A DNA stretch of 64,000 bases from positions 992,001 through 1,056,000 of the forward strand of contig CATNEN010000039.1 in the NCBI GenBank assembly GCA_950097015.1, given 5' to 3'. Below are positions 22,975 through 34,754 of the stretch, one piece after another. Source of the stretch: Macrostomum hystrix (Eukaryota > Animalia > Platyhelminthes). The notes beneath the pieces are model-generated. The model searched no databases, was not told the DNA's origin, and worked only from the letters and a program-made list of their open reading frames with translations. Numbering within the stretch: position 1 is the stretch's first letter; each line of letters opens with the position of its first letter. The translations under genes and the position numbers were made by a program.

Positions 22975-24200
22975 TAGCTGATGGACAAGGTGGACAAGAA
23001 GATCTGTAAGATTCCGGATGTCGATGTCTCCTTGGGCCAGCAACCTCCAGGTGTCTATGCACCGACTGGCGCGTGCTGAACGCCTGCACTTCTAAAGACT
23101 CCCGCATCTGCAGCAAGACATTGACGCACTGATCGGCTGTTCCTGGTTCTCCAACATCGATTGCAGGCAGGGTTATCACCAGGTGGAGGTGGCGGAGGAA
23201 GACCGGACAAAGACTGCCTTCTACTCGAACCGCGGCGTGATGATGAGCGTCGGAGTGTGCAACGCCCCAGCGACATTCCAGCGCCTCTTGGAGCTCTTCA
23301 TGTCCGGGATGTCCTGGGATATGGTGCTGACCTACATCGACGACACTATCGTCTTCAGCAGAACCTTCAACGAGTATCTGGCGCGGCTGGCGCAGGTCCT
23401 TCAGCGGCTGCGAGGCGCCGGACTCAAGCTGCACAGGGCAAAGAGTGTCTTCGGACACCGCCAGGGGCTGTGACAGCAGCAGTTCGTCTGGAGTTGTGAC
23501 AGCAACAAGTTCGCTCTGGGCGCAGTGCTCAGCCAGCTGCATGGTGACGCTGAGCTGCCCGAGGCTTTCGCATTGCGCCCGCTCAACAAGGCGAAATTAT
23601 TCGGTGACAGACCGGGAGCTGCTGGCGCCGGTGTGGAGCCTGAAGCACTCCAGGACGTACTTGCTCAGTGATCCCAGCTTCACCGTCTCAGCTGCTTCAG
23701 GGCTGCTGGGACCAAGGACCCGGAAGGCAGGCTAGCGCGCTTCTGACGCTGCAGCTGTTCTCCTTCTTGCTACTGTACCGGCCAGGTCGGGAGAACGTGG
23801 TGCCGGAGGCCGCCCGTCTGTATGAGGAGCAGCGGCAGGACCCGCTGCTGAGCAAGACGTTCTGGCGCTGGTCGCGAGCTGCTGGACGGAGCATCAGTAA
23901 GTGCGGCGGGCGTTATGCAGTTCCACGGCAAGAAAGTCATCCACTTCCTGCAGGAGGCGCATTCCTGCGAACAGATCGACCACCTGGGTGCTGAAAGGAC
24001 GGTTGCGAGGCTGGCGGAGCACTGTTGGTGGCTGGGCCCTTCTTCAAGATGTGTGACACCTTCTTTAAGTCGATGGAGACATGTCGATGATTGACGCCTG
24101 GATATTGATGGATGCAGCCGGCTCTGTGAGCAGTTGGACATCGAGAAAACTCGCACATCGCAATTCCACCCAACCGGCAACCGCGTCTTTGTGCAAGGTA
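22975..24200 (+). mobile_element. Degenerate Ty3/Gypsy pol fragment (RT, RNase H, integrase remnants)
   Basis: EEDRTKTAF, GVCNAPATFQRL, YIDD, LRGAGLKL (23183-23473). RNase H RNYSVTDRELLA (~23590-23630). Multiple frameshifts. Confidence 0.85.
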
Positions 24201-24630
24201 ACCGTGCAGTGTTTTCAGTGTTTCAAGCAGGAAGATCGCAGATTTTTATCAAGTCTTTGATGAAGTCTATGATCGGGTGTGTCTACTGAGCTTCAGCTGA
24301 GCTTCGCCACAGAGCGGCCACTGCGGCAAATTTTTGTGGCGGCAGTCAGGCCCAAGATGGACGCCGCTTTGGATGCAGTGTTGGAGGCCGCGTTGGTGTT
24401 GGAGGCCGCGTTGGTGTTCGAGGCCGCGGTAGTGCTGGGGGCTGCGTTGCACAAGTCCCTCGAACAGAAAAAGTGGGTTGAGTCGAGAAGTTTCAAAAAA
24501 TCTATATATTTTGATAATCTCCGCGATGATAATCAAGATGAGCTGACTACTGTTCTAGGCATTTTGGACGTATATGGTTCACCACCAAACCCTAGTCACA
24601 CGATTAAAGCAGTTGGGCGTGAACCCAGCA

Positions 24631-24870
24631 ATAATAATAATAATAATAATAATAATTGATTACATCTGCCCTAATTGGGTCAGATGTGCAGCCGACAGCA
24701 CAGCCGCAGCTAATGCGCGGCGCATCTGAAGGCTGCGTACAGCTGTTCAGTCCATGGACTGGGGGGACACCACACCCACCTTCAATTATCCCAGCTGATG
24801 CTGGTACCCATTTAACAGCTGGTTGAACTGAAGCAATGCAGAGTTAAGTGTCTGCAATAATAATAATAAT
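24631..24870. mobile_element. CORE-SINE-like remnant between (AAT)n tracts
   Basis: GGTACCCATTTAACAGCTGGTTGAACTGAAGCAATGCAGAGTTAAGTGTC (~24803-24852) resembles the CORE-domain consensus as recalled. (AAT)n on both sides. Confidence 0.4.
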
Positions 24871-24933
24871 AATTAGTAATAATTATTAATTATTATTTTT
24901 TATTAATTAGCAATAATAAGTACCATCGAGAGT

Positions 24934-26800
24934 ATGTACTCAAGCGCGAAATTTCACCTTAAGGTGTCAGAAAGCACAGCTACTGAGGCGTGTCGAATCA
25001 CTAATGGTGTCAGACAAGGATGCCCCCTATCTCCACTGCTATTCTCCCTATACATCGACCCGCTAAGCAGAATTCTAAAAAACTCATTTCAAAGCCATAC
25101 CTCCATATTGAATGAAAAAGTAAACAACCTGCTTTATTGTGACGATTTAGTCATTTTTGGTGAAGACCTGACAGAATTAAAAAAGGTCTCGACAAAGTAG
25201 CAGATTTTTGCAACACTCATAAATTCGAAATAAACATTCAGAAGACAAAGCAATCTCCACTCAAGTGCAACACATAGACTGTTTTTACATGGTCAACTGG
25301 TTGAACCCGTACAGCAGTGGAAATATCTTGGGTTTCACGTGAACGTGAAGGGAACTCATGCCATAGAACTAGGTAAAAAATTGGATATCCAATAATGCTT
25401 CTGAGAAAGTTGGCGAAGTTGGCGAAAGTTGGCGTTGGCGAAGCATCAGTATTTGTATAGCATAGGAAAAGCAGAACTGATTGAATGCCACTCAGTTTTC
25501 ACTAAAGAAGAAGTCAAAGAAGTCACTTTTCATATTAAATAAATCATAAAACAGAGAAAATGCTCAGGAGGACGACAGCAGAGTGAACTTGCTGTGCTCC
25601 TCGCCTCGGTTGGCGCGGCTCTGCAACACCTTCTCGCCCTCGATGATGTTGCTGGACACGAACAGGTACTCGCCGAAGCTGGGGCTGTAGATGTAGTACT
25701 GATTGTTGCCGGCGCTCACGAACTCGAACTCAGTTCGCGCCTCGTCGATGCCCTTGCGCGCCTTGACCACGAAAACCTGCCACCTTCGGTTGAGCGCAGT
25801 GCGCCGCTGTGCCTGGCTTCGCTCCTCCCCTCAACGTGACCTCCTCCCTGTTTTGGGACTTTTTGGACTCGCTCGTCCGCTGCCTTTGTCGCCACGCCTG
25901 TGCCTTCCCTCTTGCTGCTTTTGGCCCTGTTGGCTAAACAGCTCATCCTGTTTAGCACAACTATGATTGAAAGCATAGTTCTCTATGCATCAGAGGCCTG
26001 GGAGCTTTTGTCTCCTGGAAACTGGGTACTTGGGATCGGAACCTTATAGAGAGAATTAATTTTAGAATCTGCAAGTCGATTCTGCAAGTTAGTCCAAACA
26101 CTGACAGCAATGGTGCTCGGTCCGAATGAGGAAGACTACCACTATTATATAGTATTCAAAAAAGAAGCCTTCAATACTGGTCCTCAGTTCGGAGCCGACC
26201 AGACTCCAACATCGCGAAATTGCATGGTGACAGATACAGAATATAGCGATGTTGGCATTGGGGAAAAAATGAATAGTGAAGTAATGCGGAATTGTCAACA
26301 GACTAGAAAAACAAAGTCCATCAAAACGCACAGGGAGAACTTTGAGTCAGAGTTTCGAAGGCACTGGACTCAGAGGATGGGAAAGTCAGCCAAGCTCAGC
26401 CACTTCTATTAAACGTTTAAGAAAGATTTCTCCAGAGAAAAGTACCTAACAATAATCTCTAACCCAGAACAAAGGCGCACAATGTCCTGATTTCGTCTAG
26501 GAACCACAAACTGGCCTGTAAAACATTGCGCACTGTAAGACCGAAAATCGCCTATGAAAACAGAACATGTCCAAAATGTAGAGTCGAGGTAGAGAACGAA
26601 ACTCATATTCTCTTTGGACCAGATGCGATTGGTCCATTTATGTTCCAATTAGAAATAAAATCATAGAGAAAGTGGCAGGTACTGTTCGAAATTTCGAAAG
26701 CCTAACAGCTGATGACATTGTGTATTTAATGACACAGGAAAGCACAGAATTAACAGAAAGTTTTGTGGACTTCATAGAAAGCATACTTAAAGCTAGATAA
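24934..26800 (+). mobile_element. Degenerate LINE (non-LTR) RT fragment interrupted by an insertion
   Basis: GVRQGCPLSPLLF, LLYCDDLV, INIQKTK and KYLG motifs (24934-25340). C-terminal remnants at 25950-26800 (YASEAW-like, FRLG). Stops and frameshifts. Confidence 0.8.
25564..25800 (-). pseudogene. Captured GC-rich terminal exon fragment of an unknown host gene inside the LINE relic
   Basis: ORF VVKARKGIDEARTEFEFVSAGNNQYYIYSPSFGEYLFVSSN...KFTLLSSS* has host-like codon bias and is followed by an AT-rich UTR-like stretch. Confidence 0.4.
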
Positions 26801-27548
26801 AAAAGCCACAGCCCTGAGGCCCATAGTTAGAATGCAAAAACACAATGGCTATTCTATTTCAGGAGCGAAGTGATTTCAGTCACAGTTTTAATTTTCTCTT
26901 TAAATTTCAATATTTCATTTTTTGTTTTAATACCTTTGTTTATTTCAAATATTTGTTTACTTTGAATATTTGTTTATTTCTAATATTTGTTTACTTTAAA
27001 TATTTGTTTATTTCTAATATTTTGTTCAGCTAAAATTAATCTCATGCATGCTACTGTCCTCAAACATCAAATAAAAAAAATTCGTAAAAAGAGTTAGATT
27101 CCTTAAGTTTTTTGTAGAAGTAAGGAAAAGCCCTATGTTTACGAATTTCCCAACAAGGTTGTGCTTAACACATTCACGATTGGCACTTAGCTGGCATATT
27201 TAACCAGCTTTGACCTGTTAGCGTTAGACGATCTGAGCCAAGCACTAAAGCTCGCTGTTTTGTGACCGTTTCTTATTACTTTTTTACTTGAGATATCAGC
27301 CTATATCAGCTTGCGAAACTAAAAAGGCTATAAGATTAGTTTCTCCTTTTAGGCTATAAGATTATGTTTTTCTGACCGTCTCTACCTATTATACTCGTAA
27401 TAAATGTTTGGCCTAATGCTCTTCAAAACATAACTTTGTTGCAATCATACAACTGATTCCGTGAGTTCAGGCCTCTTATCAGGGCCAGCTATGAAAAAAG
27501 CCACGCACGCACAATGACCCATGTTCGCTTTCGACGAAGGCGAGTCGT

Positions 27549-28412
27549 CAGCAACAAGAGTCAGGCTGCCAAAGCCAGGACCCCCTTATCGGCTGTTGAA
27601 TTGCGGATGCTAAGTAGGCAGTGGGCAGCAGCAACAAGAGTCAGGCTGCCAAAGCCAGGACCTCCCTTATCGGCTGTTGAATTGCGGATGCTAAGTAGGC
27701 AGTGGGCAGCAGCAACAAGAGTCAGGCTGCCAAAGCCAGGACCTCCCTTATCGGCTGTTGAATTGCGGATGCCAAGTAGGCAGTGGGCAGCAGCAACAAG
27801 AGTCAGGCTGCCAAAGCCAGGACCTCCCTTATCGGCTGTTGAATTGCGGATGCTAAGTAGGCAGTGGGCAGCAGCAACAAGAGTCATGTTGCCAAAGCCA
27901 GGACCTACCTTATCGGCTGTTGAATTGCGGATGCTAAGTAGGCAGTGGGCAGCAGCAACAAGAGTCAGGCTGCCAAAGCCAGGACCTCCCTTATCGGCTG
28001 TTGAATTGCGGATGCTAAGTAGGCAGTGGGCAGCAGCAACAAGAGTCATGTTGCCAAAGCCAGGACCTACCTTATCGGCTGTTGAATTGCGGATGCTAAG
28101 TAGGCAGTGGGCAGCAGCAACAAGAGTCAGGCTGCCAAAGCCAGGACCTCCCTTATCGGCTGTTGAATTGCGGATGCTAAGTAGGCAGTGGGCAGCAGCA
28201 ACAAGAGTCAGGCTGCCAAAGCCAGGACCTCCCTTATCGGCTGTTGAATTGCGGATGCTAAGTAGGCAGTGGGCAGCAGCAACAAGAGTCAGGCTGCCAA
28301 AGCCAGGACCTCCCTTATCGGCTGTTGAATTGCGGATGCTAAGTAGGCAGTGGGCAGCAGCAACAAGAGTCAGGTTGCCAAAGCCAGGACCTCCCTTATC
28401 GGCTGTTGAATT
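27549..28412. repeat. 75-bp minisatellite
   Basis: About 11.5 near-identical copies of CAGCAACAAGAGTCAGGCTGCCAAAGCCAGGACCTCCCTTATCGGCTGTTGAATTGCGGATGCTAAGTAGGCAGTGGGCAG. Confidence 0.95.
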
Positions 28413-28437
28413 GAAGTGACTTCTTCTTGGTCACCAG

Positions 28438-28921
28438 GATGCAGGGCCAAGCAAGCGTGCCGCCGTGCTTTTCCTGCAGCTTTTCGGCCTCCACCGACAG
28501 AGGCCGCACTTTTTTGGTCGAGATTGTCGAGTCGGACTTTACCAACGCTCAGCTGGTCATCAAATCTGACTGGCGCGTACTGCTCAGAGACACTCGAGTC
28601 TATCCGTACGAGTCCAGCCTGCTCACCAAGGATAATGTGCTTCAGGTCAGGCTTAAATGATTAGAATTGTGGTAAGCTAGAGAACTTATTAGCATGACAA
28701 ACTCGCCAGTAAATTCGCTTATCCCAACCTGACTTGTGCAATTTGAGTCGCTGTACTCCAGCAGCCTCAAAGCATCGGGAGTTCGAATGCGAGTGAGGGC
28801 GGTGCGGAAGACCTACTGCATGCCCGGCTGGCAGCCGTTGAAGAGCTTCTGCTTCGGAGCCAGCGCCACCAGCGGCCCGCTGAACTTTCAGGATGCGCAG
28901 ACCGCCTGCAACAGCCTGCAG
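28438..28921 (+). pseudogene. Two-exon fragment of a CUB-like plus C-type-lectin domain gene
   Basis: Exon ~28438-28645 (...TKDNVLQ|gtcagg) and exon ~28736-28921 (VQFESLYSSSLKASGVRMRVRAV, then CMPGWQPLKSFCF...LNFQDAQTACNSLQ, a CTLD N-terminus). No clean acceptor and no downstream exons in the window. Confidence 0.5.
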
Positions 28922-28929
28922 GCCTGTTT

Positions 28930-30053
28930 CCAGGCTGTGTCCATCTGTTTGCAGTCTGTGTCCATCTGTTTGCAGTCTGTGTCCATCTGTTTGCAGTCTG
29001 CGTCCATCTGTTTCCAGGCTGTGTCCATCTGTTTGCAGTCTGTGTCCATCTGTTTGCAGTCTGTGTCCATCTGTTTGCAGTCTGTGTCCATCTGTTTGCA
29101 GTCTGTGTCCATCTGTTTGCAGTCTGTGTCCATCTGTTTGCAGTTTGTGTCCATCTGTTTGCAGTCTGTGTCCATCTGTTTGCAGGCTGTGTCCATCTGT
29201 TTGCAGTCTGCGTCCATCTGTTTGCAGTCTGTGTCCATCTGTTTGCAGGCTGTGTCCATCTGTTTGCAGTCTGCGTCCATCTGTGTCCAGGCTGTGTCCA
29301 TCTGTTTGCAGTCTGCGTCCATCTGTGTCCAGGCTGTGTCCATCTGTTTGCAGGCTGTGTCCATCTGTTTGCAGTCTGCGTCCATCTGTGTCCAGGCTGT
29401 GTCCATCTGTTTGCAGTCTGTGTCCATCTGTTTGCAGTCTGCGTCCATCTGTTTGCAGTCTGTGTCCATCTGTTTGCAGTCTGTGTCCATCTGTTTGCAG
29501 TCTGTGTCCATCTGTTTGCAGTTTGTGTCCATCTGTTTGCAGTCTGTGTCCATCTGTTTGCAGGCTGTGTCCATCTGTTTGCAGTCTGCGTCCATCTGTT
29601 TGCAGTCTGTGTCCATCTGTTTGCAGGCTGTGTCCATCTGTTTGCAGTCTGCGTCCATCTGTGTCCAGGCTGTGTCCATCTGTTTGCAGTCTGCGTCCAT
29701 CTGTGTCCAGGCTGTGTCCATCTGTTTGCAGGCTGTGTCCATCTGTTTGCAGTCTGCGTCCATCTGTGTCCAGGCTGTGTCCATCTGTTTGCAGTCTGTG
29801 TCCATCTGTTTGCAGTCTGCGTCCATCTGTTTGCAGTCTGTGTCCATCTGTTTGTAGGCTGTGTCCATCTGTTTGCAGTCTGTGTCCATCTGTTTGCAGT
29901 TTGTGTCCATCTGTTTGCAGTCTGTGTCCATCTGTTTGCAGGCTGTGTCCATCTGTTTGCAGTTTGTGTCCATCTGTTTGCAGTCTGCGTCCATCTGTTT
30001 GCAGTCTGTGTCCATCTGTTTGCAGTCTGCGTCCATCTGTTTGCAGTCTGTGT
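28930..30053. repeat. 21-bp minisatellite
   Basis: Unit GTCCATCTGTTTGCAGTCTGT, about 53 copies. Confidence 0.95.
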
Positions 30054-30315
30054 CATTTAGCTAGCACCTGGGCCCATCACTAAAGGCTAGTTTTACTTGC
30101 TAAAGTGTAAGAAAGTTAAACGCAACTTTTCGTTTCGGATTTCGGCACAAAGGCTTTACTAAGAGGCGAGAGTAAGTCCTTACACGCCCAGAGCTGAGTG
30201 CAATATTGCTCTATATTTTTTACGTTTTAAAAGTCAGAAAATTGACAAGTGAGGAAAATGCTGTGGTTGAAGTTAATTCAGTTAGCAATGCGCGTGTAAA
30301 CAGCTCAGCTCGAGT

Positions 30316-33300
30316 CTAGGCGGATACACTACTGTCAATACTACTGGCAGCAGCGGCGGCGGCAGTAGTATGCTGCAGGATCAACTCCCGACAGGCCTGA
30401 ACACCGGCATTGGTGCGCACTGCGGTCAGGTCGAAGTGGGTGCGTGAGGCCGCGTAGCCGCTGCGCTTCAGTAGCGCAATCAGATGATCCAGCCTGCGCA
30501 GTGAAGGTTAGAGAACATAACAACATACTGGTGCTCAGCACTGTTTTACAGGTGCTCAGCACTGTTTTACAGGTGCTCAGCACTGTTCTACTGGTGCTCA
30601 GCACTGTTCTACTGGTGCTCAGCACTGTTTTACTGGTGCTCAGCACTGTTTTACAGGTGCTCAGCACTGTTTTACAGGTGCTCAGCACTGTTTTACAGGT
30701 GCTCAGCACTGTTTTACAGGTGCTCAGCACTGTTTTACAGGTGCTCAGCACTGTTCTACTGGTGCTCAGCACTGCTCTAAATGAACACAGCACTGCTCTA
30801 CTCTTTCTAGGCCTCTTAGCCTACTCTATTTCTTCCGCCTGATCTGCCATTTCGACATGCTCCATCAACCACGCACCTGGGAAGATCCACGCCCGATAGC
30901 CTCAGCCACTTGGGGCTGATGTAGAACTGCGGCTGCGAACCCAAAGGGGACGCAGCTTCGCCAGGCGGCAGCCGGCAGTGGGCCTCATCCAGCAACATGC
31001 GGAGCAGGATTCTGTCCTCGCCACTGATAAGGCCGCCACTCTTAGCGGCTTCGTCGCCTTCATCGCTGCCACCACCGCTCAGATGCTGGGCCATGCGCTG
31101 GACAAAGTCTGCGTCGAACAGGTCGCCCAGCCTGTTGCGAAAATTAATCAGCAGCTTAGGGCGTCATGGAGGCCTTTTCGGAGGCCGGGTAATATTAGGG
31201 GCGAGTCATTATGAAGTCGGGTCATTATGAAGTCGGGTCATTATGAAGTCAGCGTCATTAAATCCCGATGTGAGTTCCGAGGGAATCAATCTTACCAAAC
31301 TGGACCTAGGACAGTCTCAGCTCCACCTCCTTCGCCGCCGTTGTCATTTCTGCCGCTGCAGCCGCAGCCCACGCTTCCGTAGACGCCGCTGCCGGTGACC
31401 GGGCGCTGCTGCTGGCAGACGCGGCAGAGCGCCAGTCGCCCAACGCAGCGCGACAGGCAGCTGTCGGCCAGTTTGGCGCCGCGTTCGACTCGCGCGCAAG
31501 CGAACAAAAATCTGGGCGCGCTGAGGCAGCAGACGGGGTGAATCGCCTTGCCGCAGCGGGCGGCGCAGCCGGCGACGAAGGCGAGGAGGGCGCGGGCGCC
31601 GAGCTCCGGTGCGCAGCGGGTGCGCATCAGGCGGGCGCCGTAGTTGCGCATGGCCACCTGCAGTCAGTGAATGGGGGTCAGTGACCTCAGTCAGTGAATG
31701 GGGGTCAGTGACCTCAGACAGTGAATGGGGGTCAGTGACCTCAGACAGTGAATGGGGGTCAGTGACCTCAGACAGTGAATGGGGGGTCAGTGACCTCAGA
31801 CAGTGAATGGGGGTCAGTGACCTCAGTCAGTGAATGGGGGTCAGTGACCTCAGACAGTGAATGGGGGTCAGTGACCTCAGTCAGTGAATGGGGGTCAGTG
31901 ACCTCAGACAGTGAATGGGGGTCAGTGACCTCAGTCAGTGAATGGGGGTCAGTGACCTCACAGGAGTGAATACCCTAGACCTAGAAGTACATGCCAGAGG
32001 CAGTCGGACACCCACCTGCGGATGCTGTCCGAGCAGAGAGGCCAGGTCGGTGCAGGTGACGGAGAGCAGGCCGCCATTGCGCAGGTGCCGCAGCGCCGAC
32101 TCGATGTTGCCGGCCGGCGAGCCGAACGGGTCCAGGTGAACAAAGTCGAAGGCGCAGGTCTCTGTGACAGAGTTCACCTGTTCCAGGGCGGTCTGGAAAA
32201 TCATTTCAGTTGCATACCAGTTTTGACTTATTGTCTTACCGCTGAGGGTTGAAGGGCGGGCCCTAAAGAATAGTGGTCAGCTGAGGGGTGATAGGCGGAC
32301 CCTGAAGAATGGAGGTCAGCTGAGGGGTGATGGGTGGGCCCTGAAGAATGGAGGTCAGCTGAGGGGTGATGGGCGGGCCCTGAAGAATGGAGGTCAGCTG
32401 AGGGGTGATGGGTGGGCCCTGAAGAATGGAGGTCAACTGAAGGGCGGGCCCTGAAGAATGGAGGCTAGCTGAAGGTTGAAGGGCGGGCCCTGAAAAATGG
32501 AGGCTAGCTGAAGGGTGAAGGGCGGGCCCTGAAAAATGGAGGCTAGCTGAAGGGTGAAGGGCGGGCCCTGAGGCTGCCAATTCGCACTCCCCACCAGAAT
32601 CTGACTGTGCCTGGCGCCGCAGTCGGCATCGAACTGCTCTGCCACTTCATGCGGCCGAACGCGCCGATAGCCGACGCCGTTGAGCTGGCAGTTGGCCTCC
32701 AGCGCCGATAAGGCAGCCGGGCAGCGGTCGACGGCCAGGACGCGGACCCGGCAGCCGAGGCGAGTCTGAAAATGATAGAAGAATATACAAATCAGACGAA
32801 CTAGAGATTCTGAGCACGGCAGGGGATGCAGGGCAGGGGGAAATGTAGGCCAGGAGATGCAGGGCAGAGGGAGATGCAGGATAGTGGGAGATGCAGGATA
32901 GTGGGAGATGCAGGATAGAGGGAGATGCAGGATAGAGGGAGATGCAGGGCAGAGGGAGATGCAGGATAGAGGGAGATGCAGGGCAGAGGGAGATGCAGGA
33001 TAGAGGGAGATGCAGGGCAGAGGGAGATGCAGGGCAGAGGGAGATGCAGGGCAGAGGGAGATGCAGGACAGAGGGAGATGCAGGGCAGAGGGAGATGCAG
33101 GATAGAGGGAGATGCAGGATAGAGGGAGATGCAGGATAGAGGGAGATACAGGGCAGAGGGAGATGCAGGGCAGAGGGAGATGCAGGGCAGAGGGAGATGC
33201 AGGATAGAGGGGGATGCAGGGCAGAGGGAGATGCAGGACAGAGGGAGATGCAGGACAGAGGGAGATGCAGGGCAGAGGGAGATGCAGGGCAGAGGGAGAT

Positions 33301-34754
33301 GCAGGGCAGAGGGAGATGCAGGATAGAGGGAGATGCAGGGCAGAGGGAGATGCAGGATAGAGGGAGATGCAGGGCAGAGGGAGATGCAGGGCAGAGGGAG
33401 ATGCAGGGCAGAGGGAGATGCAGGACAGAGGGAGATGCAGGGCAGAGGGAGATGCAGGATAGAGGGAGATGCAGGATAGAGGGAGATGCAGGATAGAGGG
33501 AGATACAGGGCAGAGGGAGATGCAGGGCAGAGGGAGATGCAGGGCAGAGGGAGATGCAGGATAGAGGGGGATGCAGGGCAGAGGGAGATGCAGGACAGAG
33601 GGAGATGCAGGACAGAGGGAGATGCAGGGCAGAGGGAGATGCAGGGCAGAGGGAGATGCAGGGCAGAGGGAGATGCAGGATAGAGGGAGATGCAGGATAG
33701 AGGGAGATGCAGGATAGAGGGAGATGCAGGGCAGAGGGAGATGCAGGGCAGAGGGAGATGCAGGATAGAGGGAGATGCAGGACAGAGGGAGATGCAGGGC
33801 AGAGGGAGATGCAGGACAGAGGGAGATGCAGGATAGAGGGAGATGCAGGATAGAGGGAGATGCAGGGCAGAGGGAGATGCAGGGCAGAGGGAGATGCAGG
33901 ATAGAGGGAGATGCAGGACAGAGGGAGATGCAGGGCAGAGGGAGATGCAGGATAGAGGGAGATGCAGGATAGAGGGAGATGCAGGATAGAGGGAGATGCA
34001 GGGCAGAGGGAGATGCAGGGCAGAGGGAGATGTAGGGCAGAGGGAGATGCAGGACAGAGGGAGATGCAGGGCAGAGGGAGATGCAGGGCAGAGGGAGATG
34101 CAGGATAGAGGGAGATGCAGGATAGAGGGAGATACAGGGCAGAGGGGGATGCAGGACAGAGGGAGATGCAGGATAGAGGGAGATGCAGGATAGAGGGAGA
34201 TGCAGGATAGAGGGAGATGCAGGATAGAGGGAGATACAGGGCAGAGGGAGATGCAGGATAGAGGGAGATGCAGGATAGAGAGAGATGCAGGATAGAGGGA
34301 GATGCAGGGCAGAGGGAGATGCAGGATTGAGGGAGATGCAGGGCAGTGTGAGATGCAGGATAGAGGGAGATGCAGGGCAGAGGGAGATGCAGGGCAGATG
34401 CGGGAGATGCAGGGCAGAGGGAGATGCAGGGCAGCTGCGGGAGATGCAGGGCAGGAGAAGCAAAACGCCTGCCTTCCACTGCAGCGCCATGGCTCCAGAC
34501 GCAGCAAATCCGTCCAGGCAGTTAAGGGGGCCGCTGGCTGCGTCGCGCGTTTCGACCAGAGCAGCCAGAGCCGACAAAACAAAAGCCCGATTGCAGCGCA
34601 TGCGAGGATTGAAGAAGGCGCCGCCACTGTCTCCATTTTCGCTGGCACGATCGCCTTTGTCGCCACCGCGAGCGTGGCCGCTCGGGCTGTCGTGATTGGC
34701 TGTCAGCCGCAGGCGAACGCCAGCCTCTGTGACAATTTTCGCCTCCTGGCTCAT
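30316..34754 (-). CDS. TRMT1L: TRMT1-like tRNA (guanine-N2)-methyltransferase, 6 coding exons
   Basis: Exons 34754-34473 (FFNPRM...CLDGFAASGAMALQWK), 32765-32595, 32192-32016 (FDFVHLDPFGS...SVTCTD), 31657-31296 (RNYG...GPVW), 31131-30877 (LGDLFD) and 30493-30316 (ASRTHFD...VRTNA). Phases consistent. Confidence 0.88.
30528..30773. repeat. 21-bp minisatellite in TRMT1L intron 5
   Basis: Unit GGTGCTCAGCACTGTTTTACA, about 12 copies. Confidence 0.95.
31661..31959. repeat. 27-bp minisatellite in TRMT1L intron 3, abutting the acceptor
   Basis: Unit CAGTCAGTGAATGGGGGTCAGTGACCT, about 11 copies. Confidence 0.95.
32243..32572. repeat. 39-bp minisatellite (two variant blocks) in TRMT1L intron 2
   Basis: Unit ~GGGCGGGCCCTGAAGAATGGAGGTCAGCTGAGGGGTGAT, about 8 copies. 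Confidence 0.9.
32860..34455. repeat. 17-bp minisatellite filling TRMT1L intron 1
   Basis: Unit GAGGGAGATGCAGGRYA, about 93 copies. Confidence 0.95.

Noticed and set aside
27549-28412. Regularly spaced repeats resembling CRISPR arrays (here and at other arrays)
   Set aside because: Units are head-to-tail with no unique spacers, there are no cas genes, and the context is eukaryotic and intron-containing.
32433-34479. 600-780 aa Pro/Cys/Leu-rich ORFs
   Set aside because: Read-through of the 17-bp intronic array. Only the flanking TRMT1L exons are real.
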